Shown here: in pieces, positions 37,231 to 49,639 of the stretch | Position numbering within the stretch: position 1 is the stretch's first letter | Layout: every line of letters begins with the position of its first letter | Position numbers and translations under genes: made by a program | NCBI RefSeq assembly: GCF_004010195.1 | Contig: NC_057718.1 | Span: forward strand, 46,435,236 to 46,499,235 | Reading direction: 5' to 3' | DNA: 64,000 nt | DNA from: Chiloscyllium plagiosum | Lineage: Eukaryota | Notes under the pieces: generated by a model | What the model was told of the DNA's origin: nothing | Seen by the model: only the letters and a program-made list of their open reading frames with translations | Databases searched by the model: none

Positions 37231-38409
37231 GTCTAAGTAGCAGTGATTTTAACAATTTTGAATAAAGTTAATAATTGAAGGATTTCGCAGAAGACTCTCA
37301 TTTAAAAGGCAAAAAGCTAAGAAACCAAGGTAAATGCAGATATCTGCTCCCTATTGTGAATTTTGAGGGATTTTTCCTGAGGAATCTCAAGTTGAGCCAA
37401 GTGAACAGTAAGCAAAATTTTCAAATCAACTGAAAATATACATAGATGTTGGATATATGGAATACTCTATATTTGCATTGTTTAATTGTTCACATTCAGC
37501 ACAATACTGACAGACCAAAATTAAGTGCTGCTGTAACTTAAAACAAACAATATGATACATAGTGAACAAACTCCATTTGAAGATAGGCACCAACTTTCTG
37601 TTTCCTTTTTACCCTTAACTGTGCAAGGATAATCTTCAAAAACCAGATTTAAAGGAAATAAATGCTGGATTTCACCATAGTTCATTTTCAAACAAATTAT
37701 AGGCTTATATTTCTCATTAACTGAAAAGCATACAAGTCTTATCTGCTTGAATCTTTGGAAATTAAACAATAGCTCGCACCGGACTATAAACATATACCAC
37801 AATGATGTGAAATATTTTATAATTAAGAACAGATATTTTATCTAACATACTTTCACAAACAACATGCTTTATATATATGGATGATTATAGCAGTACAGGA
37901 TTGGTTCGCTCTATTGTCTACATTGTTTAAGAATGTACTGCCAAATCAAGCCAACCACCTTGGGGGTTCAATCCCAGTCTAGGCTGTGGTAGTTCATGGA
38001 GGTCCTGCCTCCTTATCTTGCTCTATGTCCCTCAGAGCCTACATATTTTCTAATCAATCTGTTCAGAGATGCAATGTAAGAATCGGTAGCACTTCAACCC
38101 AGGTCTCCTGACTTAGAGGTAGGGATAATATCACTGCACCACAACAATCTTCCCCTCAAAGTCAATGGGTAAATCCTGTATCACTGAGGTTTAATTCATC
38201 CAGACCAAGGCATCTATTAGGACTTCAACACACCTATCGACACTACAGCTATCAAATAATAGGAAAACAAAATCATGTGCTGAAGCTATGCACAGTTCAG
38301 CTGTTCATTTGATCAAGTTCCAAAGCAATTAGCAGAGCCACATACTCTTAAGACAGAAGTATTCTCAAGAGGTGCTTCTAGAAAGAAACAACTTCCATTT
38401 TCACAGCAT

Positions 38410-38540
38410 AAATCAAAAGTACTGCAGATATAGCAGAAGTAAAATAAAAGCAGAAAGTGGAGAAACCCAGCAAGTCTGGCAGCATCTATGGAGAGAGAAA
38501 CAGAGTTAAAGTTTTGAGTTGAACAGAACTCTTCTTCAGC
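38410..38540 (-). mobile_element. Single Penelope family-B terminal arm
   Basis: Homologous to 17660-17790. Confidence 0.6.
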
Positions 38541-38589
38541 ACTTCCACTTAGAAAGAACCTTCATCATAAAAAAGCTTATGTTTGATCT

Positions 38590-39400
38590 TTGCCAAAAAT
38601 TATTTTGAAAAAAATGAGTTTGCATTTATGCAACATTTTTGCCATAATGAAACATCCAAGTTTTACAGAGGTGTTTTAAAATAAATTGGATACAGCCACA
38701 CAAGAGGATATTAGGGTGATTAACTAAAAGGTTTGGTCAAAGAGGTAGGCATTACAGAGTACCTTATAAAAGGAGGAAAACGAAATAAAGAGTGTAAGAG
38801 GAACTTAGGGAGAAAAGTCCTACATTTCAATGCTGGCTAACAGATAGCTGAACTGCAGACAGTAGAGATATTAAATTGGGGATAGTCACTAGGCCAGAAC
38901 GAGAGAAATCGATATCGCTGATGATTGTTGGATTTGAAGAGGTTGCAAAAATAGGAAGGGGCTGTGCTATGAAAGGAATCTGAAAACAATGATGAGAATT
39001 TTACAATCGAAGTGTTGTTTAATGATAGACAGCTACCACAGGGGCACATATTTAGTGCAAGTTAAGACATGGGGAGCAGAGCTTTGAATGACCAAGTTTA
39101 TGGGGTGTAGACTGCAGATTAGAATAGTCAAAGTTGGACGTAACATAGACACGGATGAGGGTTTCAGCAGCAAGATGGATGTAGCAGTAGCAGAGATATA
39201 AGCAGCATTAGTGACGATATGGATAATGTGGTTGATAACTCATTTTGGGGTCAAAGATGGCACCAAAGGATGTGAACAAACTGGTTCAACCTTTGTCAGT
39301 GACCAAGCAGATAAAAGGAATCAGTGGTTACAGAAATTAAATTGTGAGCCAAAGACAATGGCTTCTGTCTTCCCAAGGTTGAATTTGAGAAAATAGGGAG
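38590..39400 (-). mobile_element. Decayed L2 LINE 3' part
   Basis: FLKFNLGKTEAIVFGS resembles the L2 RT C-terminal motif LN.xKTE. Confidence 0.6.
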
Positions 39401-40728
39401 TTCTGTGAAGAAGAGGCACATTTGAGAAGTGACATGTTAAAGTACTATTGAGTATTTGACTTTGAAACAAGCAATAATTTAAATGTAATAACAATTCAAT
39501 GCTTGGAAACAATATGGAAAAGAAAAACTTGCACTTCTATCGTTCCTTTTTCATCCTCAATACATCTCAAAGCCCATGAAGAATTTGGAAACCTTTATCA
39601 TAATTTAGCAATGCACAAGTTAATTAACACACAACTAGCTCCCAAAAATAAACATATGATCATCAGATTATAACCATAGTCACTAAAACTGAAAGCAAAT
39701 TCTTATAGATGATATTCTAAAAATTGAACAGAAATATATCCCTATCAATGAGTTGTCAAAACATTGCATAATGTTTTCAAAATCAAAGGTAGATTTCAAA
39801 ATCCCTCAACTGTGAGCAGAAGGTCGGAGAGAAAAGTGTTTTGTTTATGAAATGATCCTTGACGCCATCTCCTGATAAGATTGAGAATGAAACTGATTAA
39901 TCTTTTATCCTTCAGAGCATCCTTCATTCTGGGAAACCATTTCTTACCATCCATCAAAAGTAACAAAATTAAATTTGAGAATCTTCTCTCACAAGGTGCT
40001 TCTAAAGAACAAATTGTGGATTTAAACACTGATCCACTAGAAATAAAGATGGAATTAAAGAAAGGAGAACACTAAATATATGTGAATATATAATGACACC
40101 TTGACCCTAACTCAAAAGACCTTTCCTGATTTATTAAACATTCACATTTACTTTTTATTTTACAATTCAGTTTGTTTGATCGTGAATTTCTCGACATTCC
40201 AGTATAGGGTTTTATTTTTAATGGTTTTAAAATGCTAAATAATAATGGGAATTTGGCAGCACAATATCACTAATTATAAAATGGCAAATTCTGCAAATGG
40301 CAGTTTGGCGCTCGCTCTCAGTGGGCAAATTAGTCAGGCACCTTCCCAACAGAAAGCTACAAAACAGTGTTGGCAGAGACTTCGGAACAGGTCGCCTGCC
40401 TTCCACACAGCCAATAAATAGGAGACAGAGCAGACTGAGAACCTGAGAAAGATTCCGAGAACATTAATCTAAGCATGGAGAAAACAAAGTTTTTATAAAA
40501 ATGACATTCGCTTTAATGGTTAACAATTTATAACCAAGCATTGTATCTACATAAACTGTACACCAAGATGTATACCGAAGAGAGAATAATCACTGGGACA
40601 CTTGTATATAAAGAAAATTACCTTGGCAAGTTATAGGATAGATTTTCACAGACATTAAAAATTTAATCGATTATTTAAATCGACATATTTTGACACTGCT
40701 CCCTAATACAAAGGGAGTGCAGACATAC

Positions 40729-40853
40729 CATTGAACCAACTGAACCATTTTCCATGGAGATCCTGAGATACTGTGTGGAAATCTGTTCTGCACGTATTAA
40801 ATACTCTGCAGTCTTCCTTTTCACAGCTTCTCGGCGACTAGGGCTCGGTTCAC
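40729..40853 (-). CDS. RPS6KC1: RPS6KC1 exon, C-terminal half of the MIT domain: (G)EPSPSRREAVKRKTAEYLIRAEQISTQYLRISMENGSVGSM
   Basis: Read by hand (not in ORF track). Acceptor cttttAG|GT, donor ATG|GTATGT; 125 nt, phase 1 to 0. Peptide matches the recalled vertebrate RPS6KC1 MIT motif RREAVKR.TAEYL.RAE. Confidence 0.93.
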
Positions 40854-41354
40854 CTAAAAGTAAAGGTGGATGGATTAAGAAACAGTTTAATAGGCTGTAA
40901 GAGTTAAAACATATACCCCAAGTCTAGGAGAGGTTGAAAATTAACACAGCAGTTATAAAGTAGTAGAGTGGCTTATATACGGGATTATATGGTAGTCAGT
41001 TTTCAGATTGAAGCTAATGTCACAAATGGCACAAGTAATTACCATCTGTGGAAACAATATACTTTTTGGCCACATCACCACACGTTGGCTACAGTACTCA
41101 GATTTATTAATGCAAAACTCAAAGGTTTCATCTGTCAATCATTGCAGTAGAACTTTCTTTATGCTACACTGCCTCTTTTCAATTATAGTCTCAACTGGTA
41201 GAAATATCAATTGCTTATCCTGTGTCTAAGTGTTTCTAACCATTGTCTAATGGGACTTATCAAAAGGCTACAGACATAATCTGTTCTTTTCTGTCTTGTC
41301 TAACAGTTTTATGTTTTATGATGGGCAATATCATTAATTATCCAAAATTTTTAC

Positions 41355-41695
41355 TTTATTCATGGGATATAGGAATCACTAGCTAGGCCAGCGTTTACTG
41401 CCCATTTCTAATTGCTCAGAGGGCAGTTAAGAGTCAACCACACTGCTGTAGGGCTGGAGTCACACAAAGGCCAGCCCAGGTGAGGATGGCGGATTTCCTT
41501 CCCTAAAGGGCATTAGTGAACCAGATGGGTTTTTCCAACAATCGCCAATAAATTTGTGGTTAATAGACTCTTAATTACAGATTTTTTTAAAAAAATCAAA
41601 TTCCACCATCTGTCATGGCAGGTTTCAAACCTGGGTCCCCATGACATTACCTGGGTTTCTGGATTAATTGTCGAACAATAATGCCACTAGGTCAT
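41355..41695 (-). mobile_element. tRNA-derived SINE whose 3' tail is shared with the CR1/L2-clade LINE
   Basis: Head with CCTAGTGG and GGTTTGAAACC boxes. Tail GGGCAGTAAACGCTGGCCTAGC..ATCCCATGAATAAA matches the LINE ends at ~1000-1050 and ~10180-10240. Confidence 0.7.
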
Positions 41696-42382
41696 TGTTT
41701 ACCCTTGCACACAAATCAATTCACTTTTTTTTTTAAAACCACAAAAGAAATGCCCCAGTGACTGTGAATTCTTTGCTAACAGTAAATCTGTACTGATTGC
41801 AAGCATATAGTAGTTGAGAGTTTTTCATAACTGGGCTCTTTGCAGGCAGGAGTGCATTTGTAGTGAGCCAAGTTTGTACAGGTAGTCCCCATTATAGATG
41901 TGAAAGACAAACTATTCACAAACAAGAAAAACCTGCATTTACATAGCAACGTTTGCAACTACTGCATGCTTCAAAGTCTTTTACAATCAATAAAGCCTTT
42001 CTTAAATTAAAAAAAGAAAGTCACTGTCGTAATTTAGAAAATATAGCAGCCAATATACGTAAAGCAAGATCTGACAACAGCATGTGGTGATCAAATGATC
42101 AGGTTGTTCAGTACAGCTACAGCACTAGTATTTGCTCAGCAGTGTGGAACGATGGCTGTTGTCTTGTGCCAACTTAAACACTGTGGTGTCAAGGAAATAT
42201 AAGCTTATTGTGGCTTTAGGTTTAATGGAAGGTTGATCATTATTGAAGATATTAATGAATTATTCCAATTCTGTTTCTGGGCATGCCAATATCCCATATG
42301 TCAATACAAATATGGGAGATAATGTTGCTAAGTGCCTGCATCTCACCTAATGAGCAAATTGGTGAGACAGATAAAGACCTAA

Positions 42383-42625
42383 GTCTAGACTAGAGTGCTG
42401 GTGGAAAAGCACAGCTGGTCAGGCAGCATCCAAGGAGCAGGAAAATCAATGTTTCAGGACTGAAGGGCTTTTGCCCGAAACGTCGATTTTCCTGCTCCTT
42501 GGATGCTGCCTGACCGACTGTGCTTTTCCAGCACCACTCTGATCTGAACTCTGGTTTCCAGCATCTGCAGTCACCACTCTAATCTAGACTCTGATTTCCA
42601 GCATCTGCAGTCCTCACTTTTGCCT
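42383..42625. mobile_element. Penelope-derived fold-back element (family A), 14-bp TSD, internal ~38-bp tandem duplication
   Basis: TSD AGATAAAG(A/G)CCTAA at 42369-42382 and 42626-42639. Inverted arms are visible. Confidence 0.8.
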
Positions 42626-43945
42626 AGATAAAGGCCTAATCTGAATCCTTCCAACCACGTCTCCACCCTACCATAATACCAGCACAGTTCTGTACAGTCA
42701 TAAATGACCTTTTATCTGACAAATGCAAACTGTTCCTCCTCTGCCTTTTTAACCCACCTGCTGTCCTGGACACAGTTGATCACAGCATCTCCCTGCATTG
42801 TTGTGCAGCTAGACAGACCGCTGTTCTATGCCAATCTTGTTCATCAGAGCCAAGAATTACCTACAGTGGCTCTGGTCACAAGTGTGTAGTTATAATATTG
42901 TTAAACTGTTACATATGTTGCAAAACATAAAGCTAATTTGGGTTTAAAATGGATAAGCAGTCATACAAAATGGCACCCAAAAGCCACATGACTTATCTTG
43001 CCTGCTGTGGCTGCAATCAATGTTATCATGAGAAACAAATCAGAAAAAGGTAATTAAATAATTGAAGGATTCCACCACTGTTCAATGAACCCTCAAAAGA
43101 TGTGAAAATTCAAAGCTCCTGTAAGGTTCAACAAGAGGCAAGAGAGACATCACAAGGAATTCTAATATAATTGATTTTGCATTATACAACAATGATTCAT
43201 AAGTTTTACATTTACATGCATTTCATTTGATTTTGATAAAAACAGACCAAAAACAACTTAAAGTGAATTATCTTAAAACATTAGAAAAACATGTTGAAAT
43301 TGGAACTGCTTCTTAACAGGGACACAGAAGTAGGCATCCACACAAACCAGTTAAAGGACACTGTACTGAACTAGGCTACCGAACATGTGATGCTGCAAAA
43401 TTGAATCAAAAGAGCCTTGACTCATTCCCAAGACCTGTTCTGCTTTGTCTGCATGTGTTAGCAGCCTCCAACTATTCAACTGCAAATGTCATTGCAGCTT
43501 TGGAATCGGACTTCAACCAATTCACTTCAGAAAAGGAATCTTCAAACAAGCCTGGTCCACCATGACATTCGGGACTGATCTCATTTTCATGCACAACTTT
43601 TACCCTTATTTAAAGTCTTTGTATCTGCATCTTTTAGCTAATAACATTACCATCTTTATTCAAGAATCTTTCATTAACAGTTGTACAATAAGCAAACATT
43701 TTGTTTGATTTAAATCATAAAGCTAGATCACTAGTTTATTTTTGAATAGAACAATTGACAATTAAGAGGTAGCTACATACAAGTTCATTCAAGTTAGTCG
43801 TTCACACTCTGCGTAATTATTTCTGTTGCCCCCAAAGACCTATCCTCGGCTCCCCTATTTCTCATCTATTGCTGTCTGCCTGAGGCCCAGTCAGATCTTT
43901 CACAACCCTGCTGTCATATTTGACCTAAGAGAAGCTTCCAAACAT

Positions 43946-44142
43946 AGGCAAAGGTGAGGACTGCAGATGCTGGAAACCAGAGTTTAGATCAGTGTGGTGC
44001 TGGAAAAGCACAGCAGGCCAGGCAGCATCCGAGGAGCAGGAAAGTCCACATTTCGGAAGAGCTTTTGCCCGAAATGTCGATTTTCCTACTCCTCGGATGC
44101 TGCCTGGCCTGCTGTGCTTTTCCAGCAACACTCTGATCTAAA
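43946..44142. mobile_element. Penelope-derived fold-back element (family A), 11-bp TSD
   Basis: Inverted arms. TSD CTT(C/T)CAAACAT at 43935-43945 and 44143-44153. Confidence 0.8.
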
Positions 44143-44214
44143 CTTTCAAACATGCCCACCCCAACAGCAAAATCACCTACTAATGTAGCATGGAACATTA
44201 ATAACAATAAATAT

Positions 44215-44470
44215 GAAGAGAGTCATTTAGACCCTCAGGCCTGCCTATCATTCAACAAGATTGCGGCTGAGATGTTAGATTTCAACTCCTCTTTCATCAT
44301 TCCTTATAGCCCTCAACTCCTTTATAGCTCAAAAATCCACCTCACCTTTAAATACTTTATAATCTAGCCTTCACAACTCCCTGGGCTAGAGAATTCCAGA
44401 CATTCATTACTATCTAAAGGGAAGAAACTCCTTCACACCTCAGTTTTAAATGACCATCCCCTTATTCTGT
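44215..44470 (-). mobile_element. CR1 LINE 3' end fragment
   Basis: Homologous to 19193-19520 and 29320-29600. Confidence 0.6.
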
Positions 44471-44704
44471 AATCATTGCCAACAGCATCCCAGAAGGGCA
44501 TTGCTCGTCACTGGCCACTCGGGTGTTTCCTGATGGTGGGAACTGAATAAAGATTTGCACTCCTGTTGTCTTTCACTCTGTCTCACACCTGCACACACAT
44601 GGGGGCTGGGGGGGGGAATATAAACACTACCGCTGTTAGCCACCGTGCCACCTCTCTTTACCCCCACACTACAGCTGTTAGGTGGTAGTGTGGGGTAAAG
44701 AGAG

Positions 44705-45012
44705 GTGTCACGGTGGCTCAGGTGGTTAGCACTGCTGCCTCACAGCACCCGGGTCCCAGGTTCGATTCTAGCCTTGGGCGGCTGTCTGTGTGGAGTTTGC
44801 ACATTCTCCCCGTGTCTGCCTGGGTTTCCTCCGGGTGCTCTGGTTTCCTCCCACAATCCAAAGATATGCAGGTCAGGTGAATTGGCCAGGCTAAAGTGCC
44901 CGCAGCATTCAGTGCATCAGTCAGAGGGAAATGGGTCTGAGTGGGTTACTCTTCAGAGGATTGGTGTGGCCTTGTTGGGCCAAAGGGCCTGTTTCCACAC
45001 TGTAGGGAATTT
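44705..45012 (+). mobile_element. HE1-like tRNA-derived SINE, near full length
   Basis: A box GGTGGCTCAGGTGG, B box GGTTCGATTC, core TGTGTGGAGTTTGCACATTCTCCCCGTGTCTGC, CR1-type tail GGGCCTGTTTCCACACTGTAGGGA. Confidence 0.85.
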
Positions 45013-45169
45013 AAAACAAAAACCAGGAGATTTAGAATCCCCTCAAAAAAATTATAGGCAGCATCCTATAAACACCCTTGGTAAAGGCAATTCAGCAACA
45101 CAGACATGATTCACACATGTTGTCTCTCTCCAATCCAGTAGGAAGAAAACCAAAAGAAATAATTTTAGA

Positions 45170-45480
45170 ATAGTTTCCCTACAGTGTGAAAACAGGCCCA
45201 TCGGCCCAACAAGTCCACACCGACCCTCTGAAGAGTAGCCCACCAAGACCCATCTTCCTCTGACTAACGAACCCAACACTACGGGCAGTTTAGCACAGCC
45301 AATTCACCTGACCTGCGCGTCTTTGGACTGTGGGAGGAAACTGAAGCAGCTGGAGGAAACCCACGCAGACACGGGGAGAATGTGCAAACTCCACACAGAC
45401 AGTCACCCAAGGCTGGAACTGAACCTGGGTCCCTGGAGCTGTGAGGCAGCAGTGCTAACCACCTCGCCACGAGGCTGCCC
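45170..45480 (-). mobile_element. HE1-like SINE, near full length
   Basis: Reverse complement of the 44705 family. Confidence 0.85.
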
Positions 45481-45844
45481 TCTACACATTTGATTTTTTT
45501 TTTTAAGCGAAGCCTCTTCAAGACTTCACTGTAGCAGCAAAGAACTCAGGATTTCAGCTCCAGCCAGAAAAAAACAATTCAACTAATTGAAAGCAAAACC
45601 AAAATTCTTTGTGGGTCAGTGTGAACCTATCCCATCCACTCATGACTCCTTTTGTCCACAGAAAAAACAAAAACACCCAGGGAGTACTCAAAGCTGTTTA
45701 CCACCTGCCTGTCTGAAAGAGACGTTTTGGTAGCACTGTGACGACACCCCCTGCAAAAGAAACACATCTCTTAAAGGCACAGTATTATCACACTTCATTG
45801 CCTTACCCTCAAACCCCACAATCCCGAGACATGTACATTATCTA

Positions 45845-46010
45845 AGTTAGGTGTATTAGCCATACCAATTGCCCATAGTGTCCAGGGATATGCAAGCTAG
45901 GTGAGCTAACGATGGTAAATGTGGGGTTATAGGGATGGTGTGGGATGTTCTTCGGAGAGTCAGTACACAGTCAATGGGCCAAAAGGCCTCTATCTGCACT
46001 GTAAGGATTT
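45845..46010 (+). mobile_element. HE1-like SINE 3' fragment
   Basis: Homologous to 59620-59770. Confidence 0.6.
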
Positions 46011-46069
46011 GAAGTCTGGCCTGATTCCAGATTTTACTTGCTTCACCACTGAAGACTGGGTCTTAACAC

Positions 46070-47280
46070 AATAAGAAATAGGCCATGCAGCCTCCTGAGC
46101 CTGCTCCCCCATTCAGTTGGATCACGGCTGATCCAACATTCCTTATGCTCGCTTTCTGTATTTTCCCATAACCCTCAATTTCCCTAGGATCATGAATCTA
46201 TCTATTTGGCCTCAAATATACACAAGGACACTCAAACCTCAGAAGAACTTTTTCCTCATCTCAGTCTTAAATTGGCTCATTATTATGCCCTCCGGTCCTA
46301 TACTCTCCTATGAGGAGGAACATCCTCTCAGCACTTACAACTCTTGAGGAGCTCGACTGGGTATGTTTTAATGAGGTCACATTTCATTCTTCTGCATTCC
46401 ATTTCATCCCAACTTGTTTAGGTTTTGATCATAAGACAATCCATCCATATCCACCTGAGTGAAACATCTCTGAACTGTCTCCAATGAAATTACATCTTTC
46501 CTTAAATAAGGGGACCAAAACTGTTCACAGTACTCCACACATGGTCTCACAAGCACCTTGTACAGTTGCAGTAAGGCTTCCCTTCACTTGTACTCCAACC
46601 GTCTTGAAATAAGGGCCGGCATTCTATTAGCCTTCCTGATTACCAGCTGCACCTGTGTACTAACTTGAAGTTTCATGTACAAGTGTCCCCAGGTCCCTTT
46701 GCATTGCAGCTTTCTGCGGTTTTTCTCCATTTCTGTGCATTTGTTCTCCCTTTCAAAATAAACAACTTCATATTTTCCCACACTACATTTCAATTGCCAA
46801 CGTTTCGCTTGACCTATCAATGTCTCTCTGTAAACAGTTTGTAGCCCTCTTACACCTGCATTTCCACCTGTTTTTGTGTCATCTGTAAATTTGCCTGCAG
46901 GTACATTCACATTCTTCCATCAATACATTATATATTGTAAACAAATTGTGGTTCCTTTGGATCCCTGTGGGCCCATTAGTCACAGGTCACCAACCTGAAA
47001 AAGAATCCCTTAGCCCCTCTCACTAGTCAATTCTCTACCCATGCCAATAACCCATCGCCAACACAATGGGCTCTTATTTTATGACTTAACATTTACTAAC
47101 ATACTTTGTCCAACCCATTCTACACACAAATACAACACACTTACTGGTTGCCCTCTACCCACTCTGGTTGAGATTTCCTTGAAAAACTCTAATAAATTAG
47201 TCAGACATTATTTCCCTTTCATGAAGCCTTGCTGACTAGTCACATTCATTTCCCAATCCTCTGGTACTTCTCCAGAATCC
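46070..47280 (-). mobile_element. Decayed CR1 LINE
   Basis: KFTDDTKTGG..KRWQLKCSVGKYEVVYF. Confidence 0.8.
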
Positions 47281-48149
47281 AACGAATTTTTTTCCTTTCG
47301 ACTCCAAGCTCTAGAATTCCCTCCCTAAACCATACCAACTCTCTAACTCTGTCTCTTTTTCAGGCACCCCTTAAAATTTGCCCCAGTGGCAAGTTTTCAC
47401 TCTTCTGCTCCAATAACTCCCAATGACACTCTGTTTGATGATGGAGCAGTTGTGTGGCAATGGGATGGTATGTTCCATTTAAAAAGATGCCAAGTTGCTA
47501 CTGTTGTGTTACCAGAAACTACATTGGGCTTACACTGATTCCATTAGAACGGTTGCTCAGGTGGATGCGAAACACTAAGCATTCTGGTTTGGCCAAATAG
47601 GTTGTTTCAACTTGTCTGTACTATATTAAAGAAAACCACATTTGTGAAAACTTGTCACATTATAAATTGCTCTGTTCATATTTACAAAGAAAACTTGATG
47701 TGGTGTAACCGCTGATTAGGGGCAAGTAATAAACTTATGCTTATCCAGCAACACCCACATCATGGGAACAAATAAATAAAACAAAAAAAAACTCAGTGGG
47801 AACAGGGGATATAGACATATTCACAGGTTTCTCACAGAGGCAGATTTATTACTGAACCGATTTAATTATTGAAAATACGCAATATCTATGGCAAGTATCA
47901 ATAGATATGATATCATATAAATAACATTTAACACCATATAAACACATTCCAATAATAGCAAAGTATACGGCACTGACATAAAAATGGATACAATTTTGAT
48001 TAAGCTTCAGTTGTCATATTGCACAAACAGAAACCAGGTGGTGAGCTGAAAAGTGAAAATTGTTGCCTAACCCACCAGAACAGAACATAAAAATTAGGAG
48101 CAGCAGTAGGGTCATTTGGACCCTCAAGCCTGCCCTGCCCAGACATTTT

Positions 48150-49030
48150 CTTCTTTACTCATGAGTGTCACTGGCTGGTCAGTGTTTATTGCTTTTATCC
48201 AGTGTTTATTGCTTGTGCCTGGTTGTCCTTGAGGTGGTGGTGGTCAGCTGCCTTCTTGAATCACTGCAGTCCATATGCTGTGGGTTGACCCACAATGCCA
48301 TTACGGCGGAAATTCTAGGATTTTGACCCAGCGACAGTGAAAGAACACCAATAAATTTCCAAATCAGGATTGAGTGTGGCTTGGACGGTGGTGGTGGTGG
48401 TGGTGGTGTTCCCATGGATCTGCAGTCAGTGTCCTCCTAAATGAAAATGACTGAGAATTTGGAAGGTGCTGTCTAAGAATCTTTGGTGAATTTCTGCAGT
48501 GCATCTTGTAGATAGTACATATTGCGACTACTGAGTGTCAGTGGCATTGGAAGCAGATGCTGCGCCTATCAAGAGGGTTGCCTTGCCCTGGATGCGGTCA
48601 AGCTTCTTGAGAGTTGTTGGCGAGTTACCTCCGTTCAGGCAAGTGGGGAGTATTCCATCATATGCCTGACTTGTGCCTTGTAGATGACGGACAGGCTTTG
48701 GGGATTCAGAAGGAGAGTTGCTCACCACAGTTCACTTAGCCTCTAACCTGTATATATGGCAAGCCCAGTTGAGGTTCTAGTCAACAGTAACCCCAGATTG
48801 TTGATAGGGGGCTTCAGTGATGGTAATACCATTGAACGTCAAGGGGTAGTGGATTCTTAGTGGCGATGATCATTATACAGCATGTGTGTGAAGGGAATGC
48901 TACTAGCCACTTGTTAATCCAAGCCTGAATATTGTCCAGAACTTGTTGCGTTTGAATATGGGTTGCTTCAGTATCTGATGAGTCACAAATGGTGCTGGAC
49001 TTAGTGCAATCATCAGCAAACATCCCCACT
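48150..49030 (-). mobile_element. CR1/L2-clade LINE (RT C-terminal part)
   Basis: MFADDCT..QQVLDNIQAWINKW and TLKKLDRIQGKA. Confidence 0.8.
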
Positions 49031-49037
49031 TATAGAG

Positions 49038-49639
49038 CGTGACAATGCTGCTCCTTTAACAAGGATATGCTGTCCTTGGTTTTTTTATCCAGAGGGTTCA
49101 TAAAGCACAGAGACTCCAGGAGGTATAAGTTTGAAGGGTTTTAGAGTCAGTCTGATTATAGCTAACAGATACTTCCTCAGACAAACAGCTTGTAAGTTTA
49201 AAAAAAAACACTTGTACAATTAGAGGGGAGTGGCCAGTTTCCCCTAGCTCAGATTTTCTCTGGTTTGGTTTTAGCAGGTAGTCTGTTGTGAAGCGGCTGA
49301 ACCCAAAGAAGCAGGTCTATGCTGATCCTCCCTCTCTCTGACATCTCTCCTGTAAGAACTTGTTTTGAATGTTTATGGTACTTGTTACAAGTATTTGGAA
49401 CAGCATCATTAAGTTTGGATAATCTGTTGGATTTTCAATAGTTTAAGTCAGTCTACATTCTATTCTCCTTTTGTTTCATTCTGTAATCTTGCAAATAAAT
49501 TCTGTTTTGTTTAAAACTAAGTGGCTGGGACAGCTGCATCCCTCCTGGAATAACCACTTACACCTGCTTAAAACAACTGGCAAAGTTAGGGTCCGGGCTA
49601 CTTTATTGAAATGTTTTGAGGAGGTTGGTCTGGTCCATA
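49038..49639 (+). mobile_element. Probable solo LTR
   Basis: A ~600-bp block wedged between two LINEs, with TATA-like and AATAAA (~49494) motifs. Termini (c)GTGACA..GGTCCATA resemble degraded TG..CA ends. Family assignment is from recall only. Confidence 0.4.

Noticed and set aside
44705..44775. tRNA-like A/B boxes (also at 34740, 50840, 59485)
   Set aside because: SINE heads. No complete cloverleaf, and they continue into SINE body or tail.
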